Below, piece by piece: positions 28,749-41,840 of a stretch of DNA of 64,000 bases (the stretch's first letter is position 1; every line of letters begins with the position of its first letter). The notes under the pieces were generated by a model. The model did not search any database. It was not told where the DNA came from and worked only from the letters and a program-made list of their open reading frames with translations. The DNA comes from Octopus vulgaris (Eukaryota), in the NCBI GenBank assembly GCA_951406725.2, contig CATOCA020000001.1, positions 9,796,001 through 9,860,000 on the forward strand, read 5' to 3'. The position numbers and the translations under genes were made by a program.

Positions 28749-29949
28749 CACAAACATGACAAAAGTAAATAGATACCCATTAACACATTGTTATTATAAC
28801 TTGAAGAGGTTTATATTTTTTTTATTAATTGACATTTATATGTTTCAGGTTCTATATGTAACTGTTTAATCATGCCATGTACAAAAGAAGCCTTAAAAAT
28901 GTCCAATTTACAAAGAGGCCATATGCTGCACCTATTTCAAGGCTGACTTAGCCTAAAACCACAGAAAACATTGTGATTCTACTTTCTACAGTAAATAGAG
29001 TAATTTTTCAATTCACTAAACGGGAAAGTAGTCCATATCACCTTACCCAGGTAGACTAAGGCCCTCTGACAACACTTTGCTTTCTTAAGAGAAGTGTGTA
29101 AGATAATCCTCATTGCAAGGCCTCCAATATAGCAGAATAAGTTGATGTCAGTCCCAGAATAGCTGTCAGTTATCTCCGCAAAATTGGCTATTATGGCAGA
29201 GCAGCAAGAAAGAAGACACTGCTTCGACCAGCCAATATCAAATGGAGAAAAGATTGGACAAGTGAAATGGTAGAGAGGTCACTAGCACTTTGGGACACAG
29301 TCAAATCCTCTGATGAATCCAGATTTGCTGTATTTTCTGACACTGATCGAATGTGGGTCTGGAGAATCAGTCACCAATATTTTCACGTGAATATATTGCA
29401 GCCAACAATGAAACATGTGATGGTCTAGAGAGCAGTTTGGAGCAATAGTCAATCAGAAATGGTGGAATGTGAGGGATACATAAACTCAGATAAAAATGTG
29501 TCCATATTATAGAAAAATCTTCTTCCTATAACCTCCAGGAGTAAAATGATTAAATAACACTATTTATGGAAGATAGGGCTTTCTTGCACAACTAAAAGAC
29601 CCAGGATTGGTTGGAAGAGAATGGCATTAAAAAGCTTCCATAGCTAAGCCAATCACCAGATATGAACCCTACTGAACACATCTGAGGCATGATGGATGGG
29701 ATACTTCCTAAAAAGAAAAAGAAAGCATCCTTAAAGCCAGATCTTTTGATATTACTGCAAGAAACTTGGCAAGAAAATCATGAAGAGAATATTCATCAGA
29801 TCAGTAGCATGCCTGCTAGGGTCCTTGCATTCAAAAATGCAAGGAGCCTGTCTACTAAATATTAGATATTCACATTATAATAATTAATAAATAATTTAAA
29901 TAAATTTTAACAATTATAAGGATGTCTATTTAATTCTGTCATGTCTATG
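28749..29949 (+). mobile_element. Tc1/mariner DNA transposon with a decayed transposase
   Basis: 30-bp TIRs (CACAAACATGACAAAAGTAAATAGATACCC and the reverse complement of GGATGTCTATTTAATTCTGTCATGTCTATG), flanked by TA on both sides. Motifs GYYGRAARKK, SDESRF, FMED, SQSPDMNPTEH and SMPARV..STKY* survive among stops and frameshifts. Confidence 0.88.
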
Positions 29950-29999
29950 TAGTTTTTGAAGCAAAACACAATGGAAACATTAATATTAAGACCTTTTCA

Positions 30000-30706
30000 A
30001 AAATCTCTCTCAAGCTTTTCATGCACACTAAGATTTTATTGACATTCATTCAAATTCACTCATTCCAACATGAAACAATTTTTTTCCATCAAAAACTTAG
30101 TGATGTTTTCACTGTCTCTAATTTGATCTAGATCCTCTAAGTGTCTCTAATGCATTCATGCCTTAATTTCAATTTGTTCCCTAGATTTTTCCTCAGGGCC
30201 AACTCACCAAACAGAAATTAATGAGACCTAATTGCCTTTCATCTTGATCACATAAATACTCCCACATATTTGGTGCTCAAATACAGCATGCTCCACACTA
30301 GGAGATTGACAGTTACCCAGTATATGCAAAAATCGAACACATTTGCAGTACTAAACAAGCCATTACTATTGCATTTTCTGGCTTCATGTTTCCCAATTAT
30401 ATCCCAATTTTTTTTATCTCTGAAATCACCAAGTATGAAGATTTTATAAGCAGAAAGAATACTGCACAGAAGCTTTTTTCATGAAAGATAAAATATTAGT
30501 CCTTTTTTCTCTTCAGAGGAACACATGGTTGGAGGGTAGACACTTACTAAGGTAACAAATCTCTTGTTTGACAATGGCAATCTCACTGACATCAAGGTAA
30601 TCAGTAAATCCAAAGAGTTCATAATCTTAGATGCCAATATTTCACAAACATTCAATGGTCTGTACTCTCTTGCAGTAGCAAGATGACACATAGGCCCAGG
30701 CAGCAA
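30000..30706 (-). pseudogene. Decayed RTE-type APE endonuclease fragment
   Basis: LMSVRLPLSNKRFVTLVSVYPPTMCSSEEKK..FY matches the RTE endonuclease signature RLMxxRLPL...TLISAYAPT...EK..FY. The left boundary is approximate. Confidence 0.65.
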
Positions 30707-31137
30707 TACTGTGGGACACCTTCCAAGCCAGACCTTTCACTATCCATTCCACATCCCTTCTTGACATTACTCTAAATTATTTTGATTTTTCAATGAGTAT
30801 TTTGCACTTTTTGTCAACAGTTACCTATAACATGCATCACATAATTGATATGGTGTATACACACACATGCAATAAGCTTCATATAGTTCCCATCAACCAC
30901 TTTCACTAAAAATGCATTTGTTGGTCCCTACCTATAGTCGAAGACTCTTGCCCAAAATGCCACACAGTAGAACTAGACCCTAAACCATGGCATTGGGAAA
31001 CAAACATATTTTAAATTTGCAAACATATATGTCTTATGGAAATTGTTCAATATACACAGAGAAACAGTTGTTCAATTTACAAACAGCTATGGTTAACTAA
31101 CAGAAAACTTAATTTAACAAAAAAATTATGTACTTAC

Positions 31138-31178
31138 ATATAGGTGAAGCTTCGCATGGGCTACTTGCTTGGTAAAAT
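31138..31178 (-). CDS. Candidate 41-bp internal exon of an unidentified host gene
   Basis: Minus strand: ttttctttatacatgtag|ATTTTACCAAGCAAGTAGCCCATGCGAAGCTTCACCTATAT|gtaagta. Both splice sites are canonical and the sequence is unique. Confidence 0.5.
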
Positions 31179-32594
31179 CTACATGTATAAAGAAAAGTCT
31201 ACATGTATAAACTGTTGTGGTGAGAGTCATTGGCACCCCTATGGGATTGGAAGAATGGACTAGCAAAACTCTTATAAAAAAATTAGCATATTGGTTGAGA
31301 CAAAGAGAGTCATTGGGAGTTCATGGAAGTTGTTGACATTGTTCAGAGTTTATATTTATTAGAAGTATTGTGTTTAGTAGAGTAATCTGAAGTGGGTTGT
31401 GTGAAGACAGTTGTGTCTATCCCCGCTTCGTGAAATTTGCATATCCAACATATAGAAGGATATAAAATAAACAAAAGTTCGCATGTAAACAAATAAGTGT
31501 AATCATTCATTTTTTAACTCTGAAAGTAAAAATGAAAAACTTCCTAATAGTAGCGAAAGGAAAATTTTGGCTTTAATATCAGTTCAATACTCTTTATTTG
31601 AAGTGACAAGCAGCCAAGTATTATGCAAATGGAAACTTTTACATGTCTCATGTTACATGCATATATATGCATGCTTGCACCCAGTTTCTGTGCACATCTA
31701 TAGACTTAACTTTTTTTTTCCTTTGCATGCAACTCTTTTCTCATGAGAAGAATATCTCCTCCTCATTTTATAACTCACCCGTCTTTTTCTTACCATATCA
31801 CCATCGTCACATCAACAGAGACATTAAGGCTGCACAATAGCAGTCGACAAGGCATGTATAACGATTAAATAAAAAAAAAATGTGTCTATATCTTCGATCA
31901 ATGTCATTATTCCATTGAGTCAACCTCATTGTTTTCTACATAGCAGACCGTTACATAAACAGGCAAAGGTAATCTCTCGTTTTAACTCGAAATAATGTAA
32001 ACACTGAATCGGCCATACATACATACACACACACACACATACATACATAGATACATACACACACACACACATACATGCATACATACATATACACATACAC
32101 CGAGTAAAAAATTTCAGTTATCTCTCTCTGTCTCTTCACACACACTAACAGAAGCACTTCACTTACACAACATACTTTCTGTCTCGCACACCCCATCAAA
32201 CACACACACACACACACACATGTACATCAAAGCTTCCCATTCGCGGTAACTTCAAAAAGAAATTCCCTCCTCATACAATCGCTTCCTCTTAATCTCTTTC
32301 GCTCTCATTACTTCAAAAGTTCCCGCAAACCCATATGTAAAAAAAAATAAAAGTTTTTTACGAAATCGACGGAAAAGGTCTACTAGAAACGAAAGATAAT
32401 CTTTCGTTTTAACCAACATCTTAATTATGAACCTCAACTCCAAACTTTTTATACATTTTGCCACTAAATAAAATGAAAACCGAGCGGCCTTCCGTCACAA
32501 CAGACTTCCTTCAGCTTTTCTCTTTACATCGTCACCAACTACTCTCACTTATTTTTTCTAGATATTAACAATAACAATAATAATAATTTCTTAC

Positions 32595-32740
32595 CTACTT
32601 CTTTCATAATTGTTAGCTGCAGGAAAAACATTCAAAGACGAAAATTCAATAAAAAAACAGAGACCGTCGCCATTGAAAAGCATACGACAACAATCCCACA
32701 ATGCTTTGCGAAAAGTCAGACACCAGTTTTTAGCCGCCAT
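32595..32740 (-). CDS. Candidate first coding exon(s) of an unidentified host gene (MAAKNWCLTFRKALWDCC...)
   Basis: ATGGCGGCT start at 32740 and donor AG|gtaaga at 32594. An optional 69-bp GT-AG intron lies at 32685-32617. The flank is CpG-containing and non-repetitive. Phase is compatible with exon 31178-31138. Confidence 0.45.
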
Positions 32741-33151
32741 AGTTTCGTATTTGCTTGGTTCATAAATTGTAAAATAGATACATTTACAGCTTATTTTCTT
32801 CTGTTTTTTTTTTTGCGGAACACGTACAAAAATACGGAGTTTATGATTCATGTGTGAGTGTGTGTTCTTGATAATCGTTTAGAACAGGTATTCTATAAGC
32901 ACCTCTCTCTCTCTCTCTCTCATTTATATGTAGTAATCCATGCATAAATGTTGAAATGCATGGTACTAAAATACATATATGCAGTTATATATAACCGTGC
33001 GAGCGTACATTGTTTGATACGTATGTACATATGTGTAGATGTATATGTGTGTATACGTGTCTGGGTATGTGTGTGCCGTATGTTGTGTATATTTGTGTAT
33101 AAATATGTACATGCATGCACATATGAGCATGTGTAAATATACATATGTATT

Positions 33152-33231
<80 letters not shown>

Positions 33232-33411
33232 CATATGTATGTCTCTCTCTCTCTCTCTCTCTCTGTCTTTTACGCTCTCTCTCTGTCTGTATTTAACTCA
33301 CTATCTAACATATAAGTTTCTCTCTCTCTCAATATAAAACTATTTTTCTCTATTATTACCCGTTGCTAAGCAACTCAGGGAAAAGGTGTGTGCGTGTATG
33401 ACTGTATTTTC

Positions 33412-33449
<38 letters not shown>

Positions 33450-33450
33450 A

Positions 33451-33500
<50 letters not shown>

Positions 33501-34583
33501 TCTGCGTGTATTTTAAAAATCTTCCGATTATCGCTGACTTGAAATATACATTTCATTTCGTTTGCCATTGTAAAGTCAGATTGTATCTGAGACAGAATTG
33601 GAAATGCAAAGTTTCTGTTGACAGGATACCTGAATTTTCTGTATCTTTTGCTGACCCACCCCACTCACGCCATTTAATTTCATCAGTACTTAAGGCCTTC
33701 TTCTCTCTCTCTGTCTACCCCTCTCTCTCTGTCTACCTCTCTCTGTCTGTCTGTCTGTCCGTCTGTATTTAACTCACTACATAACATATAAGTTTCTCTC
33801 TCTCTCTCAATATAAAACTATTCTTCTCTATTATTACCCGTTGCTAAGCAACTCAGGGAAAAGGTGTGTGCGTGTGTGATTGTGTTTTCAATTGTGTGTG
33901 TGTATGTGTGCGTTTGTGCCTTTCGACACCAGTGCGTGCGTGCGTAACGATACACACACAAACCTCCACAAACATAAACGCACAAAATTGAAAAGACACA
34001 GTTACACACTCAAACACTCGCACACAGAAACGAAAATACACACGCACACTCACACTCACACACGCACACATACATACAGACAAACACCACACACACACAC
34101 ACACAAAAATGAAAATACACAGTTACACACTCACACGCACACACACACGCACACACTAGAGCGCACATACACATGCACACGCACAAGCAATGAACTGGAA
34201 ACGCGCGCACGCAGACACAGAAAGGAAAGCACACATATGTGTGTGTGTGTGTGTGTGTGTATTTATGAATAGATTTTGTAGATGGAAACTGAAAGAAGCC
34301 CATCGTATATAAATGTATACATATATGTGTGTGTGTGAGTGTGTGTGTCTGTTTGTCCCCCTTCAACATCGCTTGACAACCGATGCTGGGGTGTTTACAT
34401 CCCCGTCAATTAGCCGCTTGGTAAGAAACGCTAGGCTTGAAAAGAATAAGTCTTGGGATCGATTTGCTCGACTAAAGGCGGTGCTCCAGCATGGCCACAG
34501 TCAGATGACTGAAACAAGGAAAATAAAAACATATATATATACATATATGTATATGTTTATGTATATATATGTATATGTTTACG

Positions 34584-34615
<32 letters not shown>

Positions 34616-34955
34616 GGCGCAGGAGTGGCTGTGTGGTAAGTGGCTTGCTAACCAACCACTTGGCTACGGGTTCAGTCCCACTGCGTGGCATCTTGGGCAA
34701 GTGTCTTCTGCTATAGCCCCGGGTCGACCAATGCCTTGTGAGTGGATTTAGTAGACGGAAAGTGAAAGAAACCTGTCGTATATATGTATATAGACTTAGG
34801 GGTGGCTGTGTGGTAAGTAGCTTGCTAACCAGCCACATGGCTCCGGGTTCAGTCCCACTGCGTGGCATCTTGGGCAAGTGTCTTCTGCTATAGCCCCGGG
34901 CCGACCAATGTCTTGTGAGTGGATTTTGTAGACGGAAATTGAAAGAAGCCTGTCG
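34616..34955 (+). mobile_element. Two tandem SINE heads (tRNA-related region); duplicated at 49205-49545
   Basis: A-box-like TGGCTGTGTGG and B-box-like GGTTCAGTCCC each occur twice. Confidence 0.88.
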
Positions 34956-34987
34956 TATATATGTATATATATATATGTATATATTTA

Positions 34988-35455
34988 TCTCTTATTATAA
35001 AAGGTAGATTTTATCTGCCTCCCTTTGTCAGTTATAGAAATCTACAATATAGGATTTCTTCAATTACAATTTACCTAGCATTTTTAAGAGTAGAATGCAT
35101 CGGTATTTGCCAGGTCCGGTTTTTAAAATTTCAACCCCAATTAAGCAAAATTTAGAGAAAACTCACATTCTGGTGTATATGTCAAATGCTTTTCTTAATT
35201 TGGGTTACAGCACACGCAAACGCACACACACAGTGTGCAACGAATAAACTGAAACTAATTCACTGTGTGTTGACAGGTAGACAATAGAATGCGATGGCGA
35301 TGTAATATTTGTTTGTGTCTATGACGCTGATAGATACATGAGTAAAATGTATGGGAAGCTAACAGATAAGAGTGAGTGAAAATGTTCTTGGAAGAGAGTA
35401 AATAGCGAGAGTGTGATTTGAGGAAGACTTTACATTAAATAACCGTAGTGGCTTG
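34988..35455 (+). mobile_element. Possible non-autonomous Helitron-like insertion
   Basis: Starts A|TCTCTTATTATAAAAG, ends ..CTTG|T, sits between TA tracts and is absent from the duplicated copy. No clear 3' hairpin. Confidence 0.45.
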
Positions 35456-35480
35456 TATATATATATATATATATATACAT

Positions 35481-35747
35481 ACATAAGACAGTAAGGTGTA
35501 ATTTGAGGGAGATTTGGCTGCTATTTCTACCATGTCTAGCTGCCATGTAGGGGTCTCCCTCATAGGCTCATACATACATATATACATAGATAAGACAGTA
35601 AGGTGTGATTTGGGGGAAATTTGGCTGCTATTTCTACCAGGTCTAGCTACCATGTAGAGGTCCCCCTCATTGGCTCATATATATATACATACATAAGACA
35701 ATGAGGTGTGATTTGAGGGAGATTTGGCTGCTGTTTCTACCAGGTCT
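35481..35747. repeat. About 2.5 tandem copies of a ~105-bp unit
   Basis: ATAAGACAGTAAGGTGT(A/G)ATTTG(A/G)GGGA(G/A)ATTTGGCTGCTATTTCTACCA recurs at ~35483, 35590 and (with variants) 35693. Confidence 0.85.
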
Positions 35748-36074
35748 GTTAGGCCTTCTCATGTAAACTCAAGCTTTCTCATGCCTTGAACATAAGACCA
35801 AAGCAGAGAATGTATTCTTTTATTCTTCTGCTTTTTCAAGCCATTGGTCTGTGGCCATGCTGGGGCAATGCCTTGAAGAATTGTAGTTTAATGAATCAAC
35901 TCCAGTTTTATTTTTGTAAGCATTGTACTTATTCTATCTGTTTCCTTTGTCAAACCACTAGGTGACAGGGATGTAAACAAACCAACATTCGTTGTCAAGC
36001 AGTGGTGGAGGACAATCACAAGCACAGACACGCACACACACACACATACATGCATACACATATACACACATACA

Positions 36075-36110
<36 letters not shown>

Positions 36111-36128
36111 TTTGTGTGTATATATATA

Positions 36129-36387
36129 TTGCAGCGTGGAAGGTGTTTGTAAGCCATTTAAGAAACACACAAAAACCGTTAGATTCACTTCAACATTTAA
36201 ATTTCATTTGCCAAAATATTTTCCTCGCTTTGAGACCGCGACCTGTTCACTGAAAAAAATATCGTGCTAACAGGTCGCGGTCTCAAAGCGACGAGAATAT
36301 TTTGACAAATTAAATTTAAATGTTGAAGTGAATCTAACGGTTTTTGTGTGTTTCTTAAATGGCTTATAAACACCTTCAACGCTGCAA
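36129..36387. repeat. Long inverted repeat, 119-bp arms and 21-bp spacer
   Basis: TTGCAGCGTGGAAGGTG...GACCTGTT (36129-36247) is the near-perfect reverse complement of AACAGGTC...CACCTTCAACGCTGCAA (36269-36387). Confidence 0.95.
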
Positions 36388-36545
36388 CTGTTTTCGCTCC
36401 AGCACACGATCTCAGATCAAGTCACTTGCTATGCAAGTACATCTCTGTAACTATATATATATTTATATATATATATGTATATTGGTAAAAACAGTAAGAT
36501 AACAAAAGAAAGAAAGAGACCTCAATATTATGTAAATAGAGGAAA

Positions 36546-36939
36546 TCTTTATATATAAAAGTGAGGTTGTGTGTCTGTCTCCTACGATTTAGATTCCTAA
36601 CTACTCCCACATTTTGCGGTGCAGTTTAACCAAAACCGGGTATCTTATAGTCGTGATTCATATCGAGCCCGTCTGGGTAATAGCGCGCGTCTACGATGAG
36701 TCTACGATTTAAAAAAAATTTACCATCAATTTTTCCTATTTTTAATCCATTTTTGACATATATAAGGGAAGTAACTCTCTAAAATTTATTATTAAATCTC
36801 AGAACGTAAAAAGCTACAGTAACACCCCGCCACCTTTCTGGTTAGCCATATTGAGATGGCTATTATACTTTACATCTCTAAAAATGCTTATATAATTATT
36901 TCCCTTACAAACCCGAGCAACGCCGGGCGATACTGCTAG
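36546..36939 (+). mobile_element. Non-autonomous Helitron (394 bp)
   Basis: A|TCTTTATATATAAAAG...ACCCGAGCAACGCCGGGCGATACTGCTAG|T: 5' TC, subterminal GC hairpin, 3' CTAG, AT target. Confidence 0.88.
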
Positions 36940-36942
36940 TGT

Positions 36943-37525
<583 letters not shown>

Positions 37526-37556
37526 AATATATACATACATATAGATATGTATTTAC

Positions 37557-37601
<45 letters not shown>

Positions 37602-37702
37602 GATATGTATGAACGTATGTGTGTACATATATATAAACGTGTGTGTATATGTAACATATTTCTAAGAATAGATACATTCATACATACATCTACATATACA
37701 TA

Positions 37703-37750
<48 letters not shown>

Positions 37751-37781
37751 GAATTTAGCTGAAATTAAGAATTTAGCTGAA

Positions 37782-38885
37782 ATGATACCAACAATTATAA
37801 AATCTACAAGAGAAAGCCTACCACAACCTCCTTGGATGTCAGAAATAAACGAAAGAAATCTGGAAAAAGAGGCACACCGAAAAAGAGAAGAGATACAGAA
37901 GACATGGAAAAAACTCCTTAACATAAGAAAACAAAACTTCTGGAAGGCATATAAATGCGAAAAATATGCTGAAATACATTCGAAATGGATATCTTTAGCG
38001 GCACCCATACTTCCTCGGAAGTACCTAATTAAAGAAATTGCAGGAGAACCAGAGGAAGAAACTAAACTTCGATGGGACCTTAGTTTGATAAAATTCAGGA
38101 CCGACATCTCCATTACCCTGTCTAAACAATCCCGCTACAAAGCCAAATACGAAGCTATCGATGATCAAATCAGAGATGAAATATCCAAACTAACGACCGG
38201 CAATATAGCAGAAAAAATGCGAGAACTATGGATCAGAGATATCTCAAAAGAAGAAAGCAGATCAAGAAAGTTTTGGCAGCGGAAACAATTATTTCTCGAC
38301 AAATATGCTACAAATTACGGTAAAGACACCAGAACTCCGAGAAATAGCATTAAAAGTGGACAACCTCACCAACGCAACATACACCAGAACACGTGGCAAC
38401 ATGAACACCCGTTTCACCACGAATCGAAGACGAACTACGGTAAGAACTCTTCCCATTTTGTATGCAAACACCCTAATGCACACAGCATGAACAAAAAGCA
38501 CAAACAAAATAGATATTGTTTTGAACAGACCATTAGCAGTAGAAATAACAGGAGATCATTTTCAAGACCTCAACAGAGATTACCCACAAGAAACTGGACA
38601 AAAAACCGATCTAGATCTAGAAGTAAACCCAGATCATTTCTCCAGGTGGTTAAAAACAATGCTAACAAGAAATTGAAAAGTAGCATACATAATACCAAAA
38701 ACAAGACAGAAAACATAACGAAACCAAGTAAAGTACCACAACCAAAACGCAAAATTCATCAAGCAAACATCAACAGGAATATAAATCATAACCAGAAAAA
38801 AATCCATTTTTTTACGTCAGGACAACAAACACCGGAGAAAGAAAAAATCCAAGAGGAAACATACCCCAAACAACTGAACGTATAG
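37782..38885 (+). CDS. PLE upstream ORF1: predicted helical/coiled-coil N-half and basic, RS-rich low-complexity C-half
   Basis: Open from ATG 37782. The ORF-track start at 37563 lies in microsatellite. Stops at 38885 and overlaps the RT frame. Confidence 0.75.
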   Translation: MIPTIIKSTRESLPQPPWMSEINERNLEKEAHRKREEIQKTWKKLLNIRKQNFWKAYKCEKYAEIHSKWISLAAPILPRKYLIKEIAGEPEEETKLRWDLSLIKFRTDISITLSKQSRYKAKYEAIDDQIRDEISKLTTGNIAEKMRELWIRDISKEESRSRKFWQRKQLFLDKYATNYGKDTRTPRNSIKSGQPHQRNIHQNTWQHEHPFHHESKTNYGKNSSHFVCKHPNAHSMNKKHKQNRYCFEQTISSRNNRRSFSRPQQRLPTRNWTKNRSRSRSKPRSFLQVVKNNANKKLKSSIHNTKNKTENITKPSKVPQPKRKIHQANINRNINHNQKKIHFFTSGQQTPEKEKIQEETYPKQLNV

Positions 38886-41119
38886 ATCCTAAAATAATTA
38901 ATTTATCAAAAAGAGATCTTGACAATGATGAAATCCAACTTCTGTCAAAAGGACTGAAATTCACACCTACACCAACAGCCAACCACCAAGAATTAAAGGA
39001 GGATATCCAAAAATTCTGTCGAAAATTACGACTTGTAGAATTCTTCGCTAACAAAAGTAATGAGATTGATGAATCCCTAGTAAGGAATAAATCAAATTTC
39101 ACCCCACCAAAAGGAAGAAATAACTACCTTGACCAATACATTGATATCCTGTCTAAATTTCCCCTTAGACGCAATACCAATGTTAGGCCAAACATTAGCA
39201 AATCAGAGATGTCTGCATGTAAACGTATACAAAACGATCAAACAATAATAATTAAACAAGCAGATAAAGGTGGTGCAATTGTTATTATGGATACCGAATA
39301 CTATAAGGATTTGGTTGAAGACCAACTGAAGGATACAACCTTCTATTGTGAAATACCCGCAAATATAGACCACCACATCATGAAAAAGATCAACAACCTG
39401 ATTTCAACACACCACAACTCACTTACGGATAATGAAAAAGACTACATCACCAATTTTGAACCAAAACCCAGCAACTTCTACGGCTTACCAAAAATACACA
39501 AATCAAAAAACATTCAACAGGCAGTAAAAGAACAAGAAAGTGAGTACATAAAATTATTACATCCAAAAGACCTAAAACTTAGACCTATTATAGCTGGTCC
39601 AGCATGCCCTACACACCGTCTAAGCAATTTTATTGACATTGTTTTGAAACCACTATGTACTTACATACCAAGTTTCATCAGGGATGACATCGACTTCCTG
39701 TCCCATCTTCCCAAAACAACAGAAACAAATTCAGTTTTGCTAAGTTTTGATGTGGTAAGCCTCTACACCAATATTCCACACGATTTAGGAATAAAGGCGA
39801 TTAAATACTGGTTAGAAAAACATAGAGAAGTGATTCCCAGCAGATTCACAGTGCCATTTATATTAGACACAGTCAAACTTATTCTAGAAAATAACACATT
39901 CTTCTTCAATGGAAAGAATTACATCCAAATTAGAGGCACGGCGATGGGAACGAGGTTTGCTCCCGTTTACGCCAACTCTGTAATGGGATACTTAGAAGAA
40001 CAACTCTACCAAGAGGTGGAGGTAAACTATGGCACTGGATTTAGAAAGTATATTGAAAAGGCATGGAAGAGATACCTAGACGACTGTTTCATAATCTGGA
40101 CAGAATCTCTAAATACTCTGGAAGAGTTCAATATCCTCCTGAACAACCTACACCCATCTCTCAAATTTACAAAGGAGATGAGTAGTACCAAATTACCATT
40201 CCTGGATATAATGGTAATTAAAAAAGACACCACCATCACCACAGATATATACTATAAACACACAGACACACATCAATACCTAAATTTTAAGTCGTGCCAT
40301 CCACCACATACAAAACGTAACATCCCATACTGCCTAGCCAGAAGAATTTGTACTATTGTAGAAGATGCAAATATCAGGAACAAACGCCTAATAGAACTAA
40401 GAGAATTTTTGCTCAAACAAAAATACCCATCTCTACTTATAGAAAATGGCATACAGCGGGCTATAAAAATACCTATACAACAACTTAGGACAACCCAAGG
40501 AAGAGGAAAACAAGAACAAGTCATACCATTCATAGTGACACACAACCCATGTCACCAGAATATCTTCAACATTGCCAAAGCAAACCTACCAATCATTGCC
40601 CAAAGTAATGAATTAAAAGACATAATCAAGGATCGAGCTATGGTGCTTAGTAAAAGACAGCCTAAAAACTTGAAAACATTACTAACAAAGGCAAAATTTG
40701 ACCTCAGCAACAAAGACCAAACATTCACGGTATCTAAATGCAATGATAGCCGATGTGGCACATGCCAATTCATACATACCGGTCAATATATAAACACAAA
40801 AACCGGGAAAATATTCACAAACGCGAATATGAACTGCAAAAGCAGAAATTTAATTTACTGCATCAAATGCCCAAATTGTGAAGAAATATATGTAGGTCAG
40901 ACGGGAAACGCACTATTAGAACGCTCACGTGTACACCGGCAACAGATTAGAGACCCAGAGGTCCGTCAGATACCTTTGAGTAACCACCTAGCAACATGTG
41001 GTCGGAAAATATATATAATATTTCCATTCTACAAATTACACAGCCCAAGTGAAATCGAGAGGAAAATCAGAGAAAAGAATTTTATTGATAAATTCGAACC
41101 CAAGCTAAATAAGCAATAA
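38792..41119 (+). CDS. PLE reverse transcriptase plus GIY-YIG endonuclease
   Basis: Frame is open from 38792 (first ATG 39209). Motifs: [50 protein letters not shown], CxxxxCxxC linker, NLIY..YVGQT..R..H. Confidence 0.95.
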   Translation, partial: PEKNPFFYVRTTNTGERKNPRGNIPQTTERIDPKIINLSKRDLDNDEIQLLSKGLKFTPTPTANHQELKEDIQKFCRKLRLVEFFANKSNEIDESLVRNKSNFTPPKGRNNYLDQYIDILSKFPLRRNTNVRPNISKSEMSACKRIQNDQTIIIKQADKGGAIVIMDTEYYKDLVEDQLKDTTFYCEIPANIDHHIMKKINNLISTHHNSLTDNEKDYITNFEPKPSNFYGLPKIHKSKNIQQAVKEQESEYIKLLHPKDLKLRPIIAGPACPTHRLSNFIDIVLKPLCTYIPSFIRDDIDFLSHLPKTTETNSVLLSFDVVSLYTNIPHDLGIKAIKYWLEKHREVIPSRFTVPFILDTVKLILENNTFFFNGKNYIQIRGTAMGTRFAPVYANSVMGYLEEQLYQEVEVNYGTGFRKYIEKAWKRYLDDCFIIWTESLNTLEEFNILLNNLHPSLKFTKEMSSTKLPFLDIMVIKKDTTITTDIYYKHTDTHQYLNFKSCHPPHTKRNIPYCLARRICTIVEDANIRNKRLIELREFLLKQKYPSLLIENGIQRAIKIPIQQLRTTQGRGKQEQVIPFIVTHNPCHQNIFNIAKANLPIIAQSNELKDIIKDRAMVLSKRQPKNLKTLLTKAKFDLSNKDQTFTVSKCNDSRCGTCQFIHTGQYINTKTGKIFTNANMNCKSRNLIYCIKCPNCEEIYVGQTGNALLERSRVHRQQIRDPEVRQIPLSNHLATCGRKIYIIFPFYKLHSPSEIERKIREKNFIDKFEPKLNKQ

Positions 41120-41433
41120 TAATAATACTTAGAGGTATTACTTCCACTGCTACGACCATGACCACTAACAACAACAACAATACTAAAGGTGATCAAGACG
41201 AAGATAGCAGGAAAATTATCTTATTTAGGGTTAAAAGTTCTATTGCCACCACCATCACCACTAGCAACAATAATTAAGGTGCTGACAATGATGATGATGA
41301 CAATTGAAATATAAAAATATAAAAATCTCTGACAAAGGATATTTACATTTCTAAAAATAACCCAACAATTGCTGCTTCGGCCAGGGTCAAGATACAGGAC
41401 TCTTGACCTGTCCAACAAAGCGTGATGCCTAAA

Positions 41434-41548
41434 CCAATCAGCTCAACCAACCAATCAGCTTAAGTAATTGAGTGATACTACACACTGATTGGTCAGAATA
41501 CAGTTTGCAAAACCTAGCACTCTGGAGCCTACCCAGCTGTATTTATAG
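41434..41548 (+). promoter_or_regulatory. Putative pseudo-LTR promoter of the PLE
   Basis: CCAAT at 41434 and 41451, ATTGG at 41488 and TATA-like TATTTATAG at 41540, just upstream of the hammerhead. Confidence 0.4.
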
Positions 41549-41610
41549 CACAGAATCACTCATCTTGCTACAGTCAAAAATTGTGAAGCATGACTGTCAA
41601 CACTACTACA

Positions 41611-41655
41611 TGAACCCGAAGATTGCAGAATTCAATGCATGAAAGTACTAGTTCA
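41611..41655 (+). ncRNA. Minimal type I hammerhead ribozyme with a variant core (CCGAAGA)
   Basis: Stem I TGAAC/GTTCA; core CCGAAGA; stem II TGCA-GAATTCAA-TGCA; GAAA; palindromic stem III AGTACT followed by the cleavage-site A. Confidence 0.75.
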
Positions 41656-41781
41656 ATCAGAATGAATATTTAACATTCTACTATTTCATTTTATTTTATT
41701 CAATTATAATATATTATCTTATAATATATCATTATAAGATTGTAAATAAAACGTGAAAATCAGACAAGGTTGGAATTCTTT

Positions 41782-41837
<56 letters not shown>

Positions 41838-41840
<3 letters not shown>

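Larger units (their letters stand above)
37748..41787 (+). mobile_element. Penelope-like retroelement (endonuclease-containing, Neptune-like Cys linker), inserted in (TA)n
   Basis: Contains ORF1, an RT-GIY-YIG ORF and a 3' region with a hammerhead. Flanked by (TA)n on both sides and absent from the duplicated copy near 57840-57870. Confidence 0.93.

Noticed and set aside
34616-34690. SINE heads as tRNA genes
   Set aside because: A and B boxes are present, but I see no complete cloverleaf and they continue into SINE body sequence.
37563-37781. N-terminal extension of PLE ORF1 given in the ORF track
   Set aside because: It lies in the (TA)n/host flank that is also present in the empty duplicate copy.
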